In this document: positions 53,325 to 64,000 of the stretch, one piece after another
Numbering within the stretch: position 1 is the stretch's first letter
Layout of the letters: the number at the start of each line of letters is the position of its first letter
Assembly: GCA_963819945.1 (NCBI GenBank)
Contig: CAWFYD010000004.1
Coordinates: forward strand, 189,176 to 253,175
Reading direction: 5' to 3'
Source: an uncultured Acidimicrobiia bacterium
Lineage (GTDB): Bacteria; Actinomycetota; Acidimicrobiia; IMCC26256; JAENVU01
Length of the DNA stretch: 64,000 nt
Notes under the pieces: generated by a model
Seen by the model: only the letters and a program-made list of their open reading frames with translations
Database searches by the model: none
What the model was told of the DNA's origin: nothing
Position numbers and translations under genes: made by a program

Positions 53325-54666
53325 CTACTCGCCCCGGCGCCGTACCCGGATCTTCACCGGGGTCGGGCCCAGCTCGAAGGTCTCGCGGATCGTGCGCTCG
53401 ATGTAGCGCAGGTACGTCTGCGGGAGCGGGCGGGTGGTGAAGAGCGTGAAGGTCGGCGGGTCGATCGCACCCTGGGTCGCGTAGAGGATGCGCGGCCGGT
53501 GCTTGCCGTCGAGCGGTGGCGGGTGCCGCTCCTGCGCGAGCTTGATGGCGCGGTTCAGCACCCCGGTCGAGACCCGCACGTGGTACGCCGCCTCCGCGGC
53601 CCGCAGCGCCGGGATCACCTGGCGCATGTTCTTGCGCGTCGAGCGCGGAGAGCTTGAGCACCTGCGCGTAGCCCGAGGAACGCGAGCCGGTCGGCGACGT
53701 CCGCCATCACCTGCTCCCGCTCTTCGGTCGGCACGAGGTCCCACTTGTTGAGCACGATCACGACCGCGGTGCCGGCCGCGTCGATGCGCTCACCCAGCCG
53801 CTGGTCCTGGTGCGCGACCCCTGGATCCGCGTCGATGACCAGCAGCGCGGCATCGGCCTGGTCCACCGCATTCAGCGCCCGCACGACCGACGAGTACTCG
53901 GTCGACTCCTCCACCTTGCTCTGGCGCCGCATGCCCGGCCGTGTCGATGAACCGCAGCGGGCCGTCCTCGGTCTCCACGATCGTGTCGATCGTGTCCCGG
54001 GTCGTGCCGGGCATGTCGTGCACGACCGAGCGGTCGTCGCCGACGAGCCGGTTGAACAGCGTCGACTTGCCCACGTTCGGCCGGCCGACGATCGCGATCG
54101 AGAACGGCTGGTCGTCCTCGACGACCGTCTCCGGCAGCTCCGGCGGCAGCGCGGCCACCAGCGCGTCGAGCAGGTCGCCGCTCCCCCGCCCGTGGATCGC
54201 CGAGACCGCGTACGGGTCGCCGAGGCCGAGCTTGATGAAGCCCCACACGTCGTTCTCGCGGTTCGGGTCGTCGACCTTGTTCGCCACGAGCAGCACCGGC
54301 TTGCCCGACCGCTTCAAGATGCGGGCGACCTGCGCGTCCTCCTCGGTGGTCCCGATGCGTACGTCCACCACGACGAGGATCACGTCGGCTTGGCTCATCG
54401 CCCGCTCGGCCTGCCGGCTCACCTGCTTGGCCAGCGACTCTTCGGTCGCGAGCCACCCACCGGTGTCGATGATGCGGAAGTTGTGGCCGGCCCATTCCGC
54501 GACGAGCTCCTTGCGGTCACGCGTGACGCCGGGCTGCTCTTCGACGATCGCGGCGCGCCGACCGACGATGCGGTTCACGAGCGTGGACTTGCCGACGTTC
54601 GGGCGCCCGACGACCGCGACGATCGGCAGCCGGTCGACGTTGATCTCGGCCTCGGCGCCCACTCAT
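53325..54666 (-). CDS. der: Ribosome biogenesis GTPase Der (EngA), frameshifted
   Basis: Two GRPNVGKSTL motifs, GVTRDR/GTTRD, DTGG/DTAG, NKVD/NKWD, KH-like C-terminus. Confidence 0.96.
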
Positions 54667-56071
54667 GCCAACGCCTCCACCAGTGACGCGCCGTCGGTGC
54701 CGACGATCTCGACCGGACGCGGCAGGTCGGCCACGCCCGGTGCCGTCGAGGAACTGGTCGTTCGAGAGCACCACGTCCGGCAGCAGCACCCGGTCGCCCG
54801 CGTCGACGTCCGCGAGCGCCCGGGCCACGTCGCTCCCGGTCAGCAGGCCGGTGACCCCGATGTTGCCGCCGAAGAACTGGTTCTCGACCGCGAGCAGGCG
54901 CACCCGGGTGCCGGCCCGCTCGGTGAGCGTCGGGCAGGAGCGGGGCGAGCACCGATTCCCCGTAGGTGCCGGTCAGCACGGTGATGGGCGCCGGGCCGCG
55001 TGACGGCCACGTCACGCGCGTCGAGCACCGCGAGCCCACCACGCCCGCCGCCGGTGTGGCGCGGCGCGTGGTAGCCCTCGGCCGGCGCGCCGTCGACCCA
55101 GGCGAAGAAGCCGCTGCGGGTTCCGGTCGGCGCCATCGCCGCGCCGGCCAGCGCGTCGTGCACCTCGGCTTCGAACACCCGCGCCATGCCGATCCCGTTC
55201 TCGTGCTGCGAGACCTCCTCGTACTCCGCGAGCGCAGGGAACGGACGGCCGGCCATGAGGTAGTACTCGTCCGCCGCGAACACGAGCCGACGACCGAGCG
55301 CGGACTCGAAGCGCGACTGCCACCGTTCCGACGTGTCGAGCACGGCCTCGGCCTCGGCGCTGCGTGTGCGGCCGCATGTCGGGCTCGCGGTTGAAGCCAC
55401 TGACCCCGAGCGGGACGATGCCCGCGGTCTCGAGCCGCGGGAAGCGGTCGAGGATCCCGAGCATCGTGTCTTCGAGCACGTCGCCGTCGTTCACGCCGGG
55501 ACACACGACGATCTGGCCGTGCACGGTGACGCCCGCGTCGAGCAGTGCGCCGAGCCACCGCAGGCTCGTCGCGCCCGCGCCGGTTGCGCAGCAGCTGCGA
55601 GCGCACCTCGGGATCGGTCGCGTGGATGCTCACGTACAGCGGCCCGAGCCCCTCGGTCAGGACCCGCTCGAGGTCCGCCTCGGTGAAGCGGGTCAGCGTG
55701 GTGAAGTTCCCGTAGAGGAAGGAGAGCCGGTAGTCGTCGTCCTTCAGGTACAGGCTGCGGCGCATGCCCTTGGGCAGCTGGTAGATGAAGCAGAACGGGC
55801 AGTGGTTGTCGCAGGTGCGCACCCGGTCGAACACCGCGCTCTCGAGCTCGAGGCCCAACGGCACGCCGGCGGCCTTCTCGACCCGGACCTGCCGCTCGAG
55901 CCCGCCGCGGCGCAGCTCGACCTCGACGACCGGTTCGTCCGCCTGCACCTGGTACCGGATCACGTCCCGCAGCACCTCCCCGTTGAGGGTCAGCACCTCG
56001 TCGCCCGCGAGGACGCCGGCCCGAGCCGCAGGGCTCTCGGGCGCGACAGCAAGAACTCGTGCAACGGGCAT
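54663..56071 (-). CDS. DUF512 family putative Fe-S protein with N-terminal PDZ domain, frameshifted
   Basis: CDNHCPFCFIYQLPKGMR..LYLKDDDYRLSFLYGNF, ENGIGM, NQFFGGNIGVTGLL; usual neighbour of der. Confidence 0.88.
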
Positions 56072-56115
56072 GTCGTGAGTCTAGAGGCGAAGGGGTCCGG
56101 CATTACCCTTGGCCG

Positions 56116-57182
56116 GTGGCTGTGCAGCAGGTTCTTCTCGCCCAACCGCGCGGTTTCTGCGCCGGCGTGGAGATGGCGATCAAGGCGCTCGCGTGGATGG
56201 TGCGCATCTTCGAGCCGCCGGTGTACTGCTACCACGAGATCGTCCACAACCGGCTCGTCGTCGAGCGTTTCGAGGCGCTGGGCGTCATCTTCGTGGACGA
56301 CATCGCGTCGGTCCCGCCGAACGTCCCGCTCATGCTCTCGGCCCACGGCTCGGCGCCCGGAGGTGGTCGAGGCGGCCCGCGCCCACGGGCGATTCGTCGT
56401 GAACGCGGTCTGCCCGCTCGTGACGAAGGTCCACCACGAAGCCAAGGTCCGGGCCGGGCAAGGGCTACACGATCCTCTACGTCGGCCACGCCGGCCACGA
56501 CGAGGCGGTCGGCACGCTCGCCGTCGCCCCCGAGTCGATCCGGCTCGTCGAGCACGAGGAAGACGTCGACCAGGTGCTCGGCGAGGTCAGCGACCCGTCC
56601 AAGGTGGCGCTCCTCGCCCAGACCACGCTCGCCCTGCACGACTGGCAGGGCATCACCGACCGGGCCCGGGAGGAGTTCCCCGAGCTGTGGACCGCGACCC
56701 GCAACGACCTGTGCTTCGCGACCACCAACCGCCAGGAGGCGCTGTCCGAGATCGCCGCCCGCGCCGATGCCGTCGTGGTGATCGGGAGCGCCAACTCGTC
56801 GAACACGGTCGCGCTGGCGAAGGTCGCGGAGACCGCGGGCTGCCCGATCGTCCTGCGGATCGACGGCACCGAGGAGCTGGACCTCGCCGCGTTGGGCGAC
56901 GCGAAGATCGTCGGCGTCACGGCGGGTGCGAGCGCGCCGGAGGATCTCGTCGAGCAGGTGATCGAGCACCTCGCCCCGACGGACGGGGTCGAGCTCGTCA
57001 ACGTCACCGACGAGGACGAGTACTTCCCTCCCCCGCGTGAGCTGCGGGAGCTGCTCCCCCGCCTCGTGTCGCTGCTCGGCGCCGCGCTCGGAGCCCCGGC
57101 CGACGCACCGACGGCGCGCAGCTCACTTCCCGACGACCGCTCCGTCGACGCGTCCACCGTCCTCGCCCACCTCGCCCCCTAG
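56116..57182 (+). CDS. ispH: 4-hydroxy-3-methylbut-2-enyl diphosphate reductase, frameshifted
   Basis: PRGFCAGVEMA, HEIVHN, SAHG, CPLVTKVH, QTTL, LCFATTNRQ, SSN, GVTAGASAPE. Confidence 0.96.
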
Positions 57183-57190
57183 CCCAACTC

Positions 57191-57247
57191 CTCGTTTCAG
57201 CGTGCGTCTCGACCCCCCAGAGGGGGGTGACGTCACGTCGAAACGAG
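57191..57247. repeat. REP-like palindrome between convergent ispH and plsC
   Basis: CTCGTTTC...ACCCCCC-AGA-GGGGGGT...GAAACGAG stem-loop. Confidence 0.7.
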
Positions 57248-57275
57248 CGGAGGACGGTGGGTCGAGCGGGCGGGT

Positions 57276-57911
57276 TCAGTAGCCGGCGAGGAGCATCGCT
57301 TCGTCGAAGAGCTTCTGCAGCTCGACCTGGAGCTGCGCGGTGATCGACGGCGAGGTCGCTGCGCTTGCGGGTCGTCGCGTCGCGTCGGCGGTTCGATCGG
57401 CTCGCCGATGACCACCGCGACGCGCCGGAACTTCGGGATCTTCTTGCCGCTGGCGAGGATCTCCTCGCTCCCGCCGATCCCGACCGGGACGATCGGCACC
57501 CCGAGCTTCACCGCGAGATAGGCGGTGCCGTCGAACAGGTCGGACACCTCACGGCCGTGACGACGGGTGCCCTCGGGGAACATCGCCACCGGCTCGCCGG
57601 TCTCGAGCGCGGCCCGGGTCGCCTTGAGCGCGGCGCGCGCGTTCGGTGAGCCACGTTCGACGGGCACGCCACCCAGCGCGGTGAAGAACTTCGCGCCGAG
57701 CGGGTGCTGGAACATCTCCTGCTTGGCCATGAACCGGATGCGGCGCTTGGTGACGAACGCGGTGAACGGCGTATCGAGGTTGGACCGGTGGGTCGGGGCG
57801 ATGATGTACGCCCCGGTCGGCGGCACATGCTCCGTCCCGACGACCCGCACCCGGAACAGGATGCGGCACAGCGACCACGACGACCGTGCGGGCAAAGCGA
57901 TACAGCGTCAT
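57276..57911 (-). CDS. plsC: 1-acyl-sn-glycerol-3-phosphate acyltransferase, frameshifted
   Basis: THRSNLD, FMAKQE, MFPEGTR, PIVPVGI. Confidence 0.9.
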
Positions 57912-58582
57912 GTCGCCTCCGGGACTGCCGCGCGAAACCGTTCCACGATCTCCGACACCACATCGTCGATGCTACGACCCGTCGTGTCGAGCACGAGTGC
58001 ATCGTCGGCCGCCCGCAGCGGCGACGCGGCGCGGCCCGAGTCCAGCGCGTCGCGTCGGGCCAGCGCTTCTCGGACCTCGTCGACGGCCGTCGATCGCTCC
58101 GCCGCCTGCTCGTCACGATGCCGCCGGTTGGCCCGCTCCTCGTCACTCGCGGTGAGGAAGACCTTCACCGGCGCGTCAGGAAACACGACCGTGCCGATGT
58201 CGCGGCCCTCGACCACGCCGCCCTGATGCTGCTCCACCCAGGCCCGCTGCCGGCTGACCAGCTCCCGGCGGACCTCGGGATGGGCCGAGACGGTCGAGAC
58301 CGCCCCCGTCACCTCCGGGCCGCGGATCCGGGCGCTCACGTCCTCGCCGTCGAGCCGGACGATCTCGTCCTCGAGCTCGACGCGGCGCGCCGTGGGCGAT
58401 CCGACCGCAGGCCTCGGCGTCGGCCAGATCGGCCCCGACCAGGATCGCGGCGAGCGCGACGGAGCGGTACATCGCGCCGGTGTCGAGCACGTGCAGACCC
58501 GAGCTGCTGCCGCCACGCCGCGGCCGACGGTCGACTTCCCCGACCCGGACGGCCCGTCGATCGCCACGACCCGCGCGGTCAC
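57908..58582 (-). CDS. cmk: Cytidylate kinase
   Basis: VAIDGPSGSGKST, LDTGAMYR, VVEGRDIGTVVFPDA, SPLRAADDA. Confidence 0.95.
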   Translation of the reverse strand: MTARVVAIDGPSGSGKSTVGRGVAAAARVCTCSTPARCTAPSRSPRSWSGPIWPTPRPAVGSPTARRVELEDEIVRLDGEDVSARIRGPEVTGAVSTVSAHPEVRRELVSRQRAWVEQHQGGVVEGRDIGTVVFPDAPVKVFLTASDEERANRRHRDEQAAERSTAVDEVREALARRDALDSGRAASPLRAADDALVLDTTGRSIDDVVSEIVERFRAAVPEAT

Positions 58583-59889
58583 GACGCCCTCCAGCAAGCT
58601 CGTCGAGATCGGCTTCGAAGCCGGGGTACGAGATCGCGACCGCGGGCCAGCCCTCGCACCGTCGTCTCGCCCGTCGGCCGCCAGCCCCGCGACCGCCGCG
58701 CACATCGCGATCCGGTGATCGCCGTGACTCTTCAACGTCGCACCCTGCGGCGTCGCCGCCGTGCACCACGAGCCCGTCCGCGTCGCGGCCTCGACCTGGA
58801 TCCCGAGCTGGGCGAGCTCCTGCTCCAGCGCCCCGATGCGGTTCGTCTCCTTCACCGCCATCTCCGCCGCGTCGCCGATCGTGGTCGTGCCCTCGGCAAA
58901 GGCCGCGGCGACCGCGAGGATCGGCAGCTCGTCGATGATCGCCTCGTGGCCGGAGATCTCGACTGCCGTGCAACGGCGCGGCCTCGACCGTGATGTTGCC
59001 CGACCGGCTCGCCCACCCGGGTCCCGGTCGACTCCACCTCGATCCGGGCCCCCATCTCGCGCAGCAGGTCGAGGTACTCGATGCGGCCGGGGTTGAGGCT
59101 CACGTCCTCGAGCACGATCGCCGACCCGGGAACGATCGTCGCCGCGACGACGAAGAACGCGGCCGACGACGGATCGCCGGGCACCACGAGCTCGAACGCG
59201 TCCGGCGCGCCGGCGTGCACCTGCACCGTGGTCGTCGTCGACGTGCGTCAGCGGCGCGTGCAGCGCCGCCAGCATCCGCTCGGTGTGGTCCCGGCTCGGC
59301 GCGGGCTCGACGATCTCGGTCTCGCCCGTCGGCCTGCAGCCCCGCGAGCACGAGCGCGGTCTTCACCTGGCCGCTCGCGACCGCCAGAGCTCGTGGCGCA
59401 CGCCGTGCAGCGACCCGCCGCGAACCGTCAGCGGTGCCAGCTCACCATCGGCGCGACCGTCCAGCGTTGCGCCCATCGCCCGCAGCGGCTCGACCACCCG
59501 CCGCATCGGCCGGCCGGAGAGCGACGAGTCGCCGGTCAGGATCGACAGGAACGGCCGGCCGGCGACGAGCCCGCACAGCATGCGCATCGTCGTGCCCGAG
59601 TTGCCGCAGTCGATCACCGACTCGGGCTCTCGCATCCCGTCGCACCCCGCGTGCGCTCACCGACGCCGTGCGCGCCATCGACGGTTGACGCGCACGCCGA
59701 GCTGCTCCGAGCGCCCGCGCCGTGCGCGACACGTCCTCCCCGTCGGCCAGGTTCTCGATCCGGCTCTTCCCCGTCTGCGAGCGCGGAGAACAGCAGCGCG
59801 CGATGCGAGATGCCCTTGCAGCCCGGCAGGCGCAGGCGACCCCGCAACGGGCGACCACCGCGGACGACGAGCTCCGCGTCGAGGCTCAT
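58579..59889 (-). CDS. aroA: 3-phosphoshikimate 1-carboxyvinyltransferase, frameshifted
   Basis: PGCKGISHRA, DCGNSGTTMR, RPMRRV, SRDHTERML, PGDPSSAAF, KETNRI, HGDHRIAM. Confidence 0.95.
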
Positions 59890-60981
59890 GGCAGCGCGCT
59901 CCGCGACACGTGGTAGCCCGCGTCGACGAGCCCGGCTTCGAACGCCTCCACACCCTCCGCGGCCACCACCATCACGAGGACACCGCCCTCGCTCTCCATC
60001 GAGTGCGCGATCTCGAGGTCGGCGATGTTCACGCCGAGCCGGCCCGCGAGCATCGTGATCTCCGCCAGCACGCCCGGCCGGTCGGGTACCGGTACCCGCA
60101 GCTCGACCAGCGGACCCTCGACCGTCGCCCGCCGGGGCAGGTTGCGGCGCGAGGTGCGGGCACGTTCGAGCACCCGGAGCAACGCGTCGCCGTCACCCGC
60201 GGCCACCAGACCGCGGACGACCGCCAGCGCGCGGAGGTAGTCGTCCAGTGCGGCGACGATGGCGTCCCGGTTGGCGAGGCAGATGTCAGGCCAGATCCCG
60301 GGGTCACCGGCCGCGATGCGGGTCATGTCCCGGAAGCCGCCGGCCGCGAGCCGCAGCAGGATCGACTGCTCCTCGCCCGTGGTCGTCGCGACGTCCATCA
60401 ACGTCGTCGCCGCCAGCTGCGGGACGTGGCTCACCACCGCGACGATCGCGTCGTGATGCTCGGGCGTCACCTCGATGATCTCCGCACCGAGGTCGGCGAC
60501 CATGCTGCGCACCGCGGTGTGCGCACCCGCATCCGTCCATGTCGTCGGGGTCAGCACCCACGTGGCGCCGGAGAACAGATCCACGTCCGCGCCGTCGAGC
60601 CCGTCCTGCTCCGAGCCGGCCATCGGATGCCCACCGACGAAACGCGTCGCCAGATCCGGACGCGCCTGCTGGACGGCGCGCAGGATCGGCCCCTTCACCG
60701 AACCGACGTCGGTGACGACCGGCGCACCCGCGTCCAGCGCCGCGACCACGAGGTCCGGCCACCTGGCCGACCGGGGTCGCGACGATCGCGATGTCCGCGT
60801 CCCGCACGACCGCTTCGATGCTGTCGGCGGTCTCGGCCACGACGCCGCGGGCCAGCGCGTCCGCGGTGCGACCCGGATCCGCGTCGAAGCCCCGAACCTG
60901 CATGCCGGCGCGCGTCAGGGCCAAGCCGATCGACCCTCCGATCAGGCCGGTCCCGATGAGCGCGACGCGGAGGCGGGCCAC
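59886..60981 (-). CDS. tyrA: Prephenate dehydrogenase with C-terminal ACT domain, frameshifted
   Basis: GTGLIGGSIG, TDVGSVK, GGHPMAGSE, VSHVPQL, GFRDMTRIA, VPDRPGVLAE. Confidence 0.93.
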
Positions 60982-60986
60982 AGCAG

Positions 60987-61350
60987 CTACTCGGGGAGGT
61001 CGTCTCGCAGGGATCGAGCACCCTCGAGGTAGACGTGATGGAGCTCGCTGCGGCTGCGCTCGCTGTACAGATGCATCAGCACCCGGATCGTCAGCGGCAT
61101 GCCGCCCTCGACCCCGAGCTCCCGCGCGCAGATCAACGGGACGTCACCGAGGCCGAGCGCCCGGGCGGCGGTCGCCGGGAACTGCGCGGTCAGGTCATCG
61201 GTCGCGGTGAAGATGATGCTCACGATGTCCTCGTGCTCGACGCCGTTGCGCTCGAGCATCTGGCGCGACGAGCTCCTGGGTCTTCGCATCGATCTCGTCA
61301 CGACTGTTCTCGTCACACGTGGTTGCGCCTCGGAGCGCCAGCAGCCTCAT
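60987..61350 (-). CDS. aroH: AroH-type chorismate mutase, frameshifted
   Basis: ALRGAT, SIIFTATDDL..FPATAAR, PLICAREL, HVYLEGARSLRDDL. Confidence 0.92.
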
Positions 61351-62080
61351 TGCCGCGGCAGGCTAGCGGCGTAGAGCCCACGCACCTCGTCTTGTTGCAG
61401 CTCGCGCCAGGCCCCCGGCGCGAGCTCCCGGTCGACCAGGTTGCCGATCCGGGTGCGCACCAGCCGGCGCACCGGATGGCCGACCGCGTCGCACATGCGC
61501 CGAACCTGACGGTTGCGCCCCTCGTGGATCACGATCTCGATCGCCGCGTGGTCGGCCCGCTCCTGGACCAGGCGCACCTGCGCCGGCGCGCTCGGACCGT
61601 CGTCCAGCTCCACCCCTTCGCGCAGCCGGCGGAGCGCGCCGCGACTCGGCACGCCCTCCACCTCGACCAGGTACTCCTTCTCCACCCCGTGGCTCGGGTG
61701 GGTGAGGCGCTGGGTGAGGTCCCCGTCGTTGGTCAGGATCAGCAGCCCCTCGGTCTCCCAGTCCAGGCGACCGACGGGAAACACCCGCGGCTCGTCCGGG
61801 ACGAGCGCCACCACGGTGGGCCGACCTTCCGGGTCGTCGGCGGTCGTGACGGTGTGCGTCGGCTTGTTGAGCAGGTAGTAGACGAGCCCCTGCTGGGTGA
61901 CGACGGGGACGCCGTCGACCTCGATGTGGTCGTGCTCGGGATCGACGCGACGGCCGAGCACCGCGACGTCACCGTCGACGCGGCACGCGACCCGCGGCGA
62001 TCAGATCGTCACAGACCCGACGAGAGCCGAGACCCGCTCGGGCGAGGACCTTCTGGAGCCGCTCCCCGTCGGTGGAGGCG
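61347..62080 (-). CDS. rluB: rRNA pseudouridine synthase (RluB/RsuA family)
   Basis: [10 protein letters not shown]4 start, [34 protein letters not shown]. Confidence 0.9.
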
Positions 62081-62081
62081 G

Positions 62082-62750
62082 TCAAGCTCCCGGGCGCGGG
62101 GCGTCGTCCGGCCGCGTCGCCACCGATCTCGTCGCGCGTCGCCTGATGTCATCCGCGGTGATCTCGGGCTCGGGATCGGTGCGCAGCAGCAGGCCCCGCT
62201 CGAGCTGCTCGACGACGCTCGGCTCGGGCACGAACTCGGCGAGCTCGGGCAGGTCCTCGACCGAGTCGAGACCGAGCCGCTCGAGGAACAGGCTCGTGGT
62301 CCCGTAGAGGATCGCCTGGCCCGGGCCGGGGTCGTGGCCGACCTCTTCGACGTAGCCCCGCTGCTGCAGCGTGGCGAGCGTGGACTCCACGCTCACCCCG
62401 CGGATCGCCGCGAGCTGGGCCCGGGAGACGGGCTGCTTGTACGCAATGATCGCCAGCGTCTCGAGCGACGCGGGCGACAGCCGCACGGTCTGGCCCTCGA
62501 GCACGAACCGCTCGACGTACGGCGCGAGATCGGGGTGCGTCTGGTAGCGGTACCCGCCCGCGACCCGCACCAGCGCGAACCCGCGACCTTCCCGCTCGTA
62601 CTCCTCGGCGAGCTCGGTGCACAGCGCCTCGACCTCGGTGACCGGGATCTCGACGAGCTGCGCGAGCACCTGCGGCTCGACCGGCTCGACCGCGGCCATC
62701 ACGACTGCTTCGACCGCGCGCCGCGCCTCGGTGATCACGCGCTCCTCCAT
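62082..62750 (-). CDS. scpB: SMC-Scp complex subunit ScpB
   Basis: [39 protein letters not shown]. Confidence 0.95.
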   Translation of the reverse strand: MEERVITEARRAVEAVVMAAVEPVEPQVLAQLVEIPVTEVEALCTELAEEYEREGRGFALVRVAGGYRYQTHPDLAPYVERFVLEGQTVRLSPASLETLAIIAYKQPVSRAQLAAIRGVSVESTLATLQQRGYVEEVGHDPGPGQAILYGTTSLFLERLGLDSVEDLPELAEFVPEPSVVEQLERGLLLRTDPEPEITADDIRRRATRSVATRPDDAPRPGA

Positions 62751-62759
62751 GAGATCGGT

Positions 62760-63560
62760 CTAGCCGACGGAGCGGCGACGGGCGTGTCGTCCCAGTCGTC
62801 GAGGCTGACGAGATCGATGCTGCGCTCGTCCTCGTCGAGCCGGCGCACGACCAGGTCCCCGAACGTCATCGGTCTGGGCGAGGTCCACGAGACCCTGCTT
62901 GAACATCTCGAGGATGGCGAGGAAGCGCACGATGATCTCGAGCTTGTCCTCGATGCCGGCGACGAGGGTGCGGAAGCTCACCGGACGGTCGTGCGGGAGC
63001 GACACCATCAGCGCGTCGACCGCGTCGCGCACGCTCGCGCGGATCGGCGCGAGGTGGTACGTGTTGACGACGGTCTCGGCCTTGGGGGCCAGCCCGCGCC
63101 GGGCCGCGTTGACGAGCGCCTTGGCGGTCACCCGCTCCAGCGGATCCGGGGCCATCGACCGGAACGGCTCTTCGGGGCCGGCGCTGCGCGGGACGCAACG
63201 CGCCCCGACCCGCAGCCGGCTCTCGAGCACCCGGGCGGCGTCCTTGAACGTCTTGCACTCGAGCAGGCGGGCGAGCAGCAGGTCCCGCTCCTCGAAGCGC
63301 ATCAGCTCCTCGTCCAGCTCGGTCATGTCGGCGCCCGGCAGGAGCCGGCGGGCCTTGAGCTCGACCAGCGTGGACGCGATCAGCAGGAACTCGGTGGCGA
63401 CGTCGAGGTCCAGCCGGTCCAGGCGCTCGACCTCGACCAGGAACGCGTCGATGACCTGGGCCAGGGACACCTCCCAGAGCTCGACCTCTTCCTTGAGGAT
63501 CAGGTGGAGCAGGAGATCGAACGGCCCTTCGTAGACCGGGGTGATCACCGCGTACGCCAT
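62760..63560 (-). CDS. scpA: Segregation/condensation protein ScpA
   Basis: [41 protein letters not shown]. Confidence 0.95.
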   Translation of the reverse strand: MAYAVITPVYEGPFDLLLHLILKEEVELWEVSLAQVIDAFLVEVERLDRLDLDVATEFLLIASTLVELKARRLLPGADMTELDEELMRFEERDLLLARLLECKTFKDAARVLESRLRVGARCVPRSAGPEEPFRSMAPDPLERVTAKALVNAARRGLAPKAETVVNTYHLAPIRASVRDAVDALMVSLPHDRPVSFRTLVAGIEDKLEIIVRFLAILEMFKQGLVDLAQTDDVRGPGRAPARRGRAQHRSRQPRRLGRHARRRSVG

Positions 63561-63667
63561 CGCGGGGCCACGTTACAAGAGAGCCGACGCTGCGGACCCG
63601 GCCGACTTCGCGGACCCGGCGTCCGCATCCGTGCCCGCTCCCACCGCACTCCGCTAGTTTCCCGCCG

Positions 63668-64000
63668 ATGACACGAGTGTTCTCCGGGATCCAGCCGTCG
63701 GGCGAGATGCACCTCGGAAACTACGTAGGGGCCGTCCGGCGCTGGGTCGACCAGCAGGACCAGGCCGAGGCGCTGTACTGCGTCGTGGACCTCCACACGA
63801 TGACGGTCGCCTACGACCCGGCCGAGCTCACCGTGGCCACCGAGCGCCTCGCCATGCTCCTCCTCGCGGCCGGCCTGGACCCGAAGCGGTGCATCCTCTT
63901 CGTCCAGAGCCACGTGCCCCTGGTCACCGAGCTCACCTGGATCCTCAACTGCGTCGCCACGGTCGGCGAGCTGCGGCGGATGACCCAGTTCAAGGAGAAG
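63668..64000 (+). CDS. trpS: Tryptophanyl-tRNA synthetase, 5' part truncated by the window edge
   Basis: [19 protein letters not shown] (HIGH-like), [24 protein letters not shown]. Confidence 0.95.
   Translation, partial: MTRVFSGIQPSGEMHLGNYVGAVRRWVDQQDQAEALYCVVDLHTMTVAYDPAELTVATERLAMLLLAAGLDPKRCILFVQSHVPLVTELTWILNCVATVGELRRMTQFKEK

Noticed and set aside
57908-59275. aroA-cmk fusion suggested by the ORF track
   Set aside because: A GTGA stop/start overlap at 58579-58582 separates the genes; the joined frame arises from indels
2625-63671. Very long antisense or alternate-frame ORFs (e.g. 2625..4448, 7213..9180, 21171..23252, 61035..63671)
   Set aside because: Shadow ORFs expected in high-GC DNA, Arg/Pro/Gly-rich and overlapping well-supported genes
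1-64000. Pervasive frameshifts as mass pseudogenisation or programmed frameshifting
   Set aside because: They also hit essential genes (der, ispH, cmk, aroA) at scattered positions with catalytic motifs intact, which fits long-read indel error

Overview
Very GC-rich actinobacterial chromosome segment; gene order and sequences point to class Acidimicrobiia (inference). Most genes, including essential ones, are broken by single-base indels, typical of an unpolished long-read assembly, so CDSs were rebuilt across frames and their ends are approximate. The left core (about 1.9-29 kb) holds a tandem glycine riboswitch-gcvP-dyp-J-domain operon, gcvT/gcvH, the conserved pgsA2-gcvH-garA-MerR-DUF151-MerR cluster (with extra hpt, lipoate-ligase and PD-(D/E)XK-like genes), a manC/pmm fusion, coxD/coxE/xdhC, ggt and an ECF sigma pair. 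The right core (50.6-64 kb) holds accD, HMG-CoA lyase, der, DUF512, ispH, plsC-cmk-aroA-tyrA-aroH-rluB-scpB-scpA and the start of trpS. Between them, the 3' end of tRNA-Pro(GGG) (50455-50532, minus strand) is repeated at 45019 and 41241, marking stacked integrated elements. Element A is a compact integrase-excisionase-MOBF relaxase element. Element B is a decayed element with a closely related truncated integrase and a probable phage capsid fragment. Element C is an older cargo region to the left. Best candidates for undescribed biology: this island stack; a family of secreted proteins in it with a shared leader and variable C-termini; a candidate SigF-type sRNA at about 25.46 kb; the nuclease/HPRT insertion in the garA cluster; and a REP-like palindrome family with one copy in frame in coxE. 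No database searches were run.
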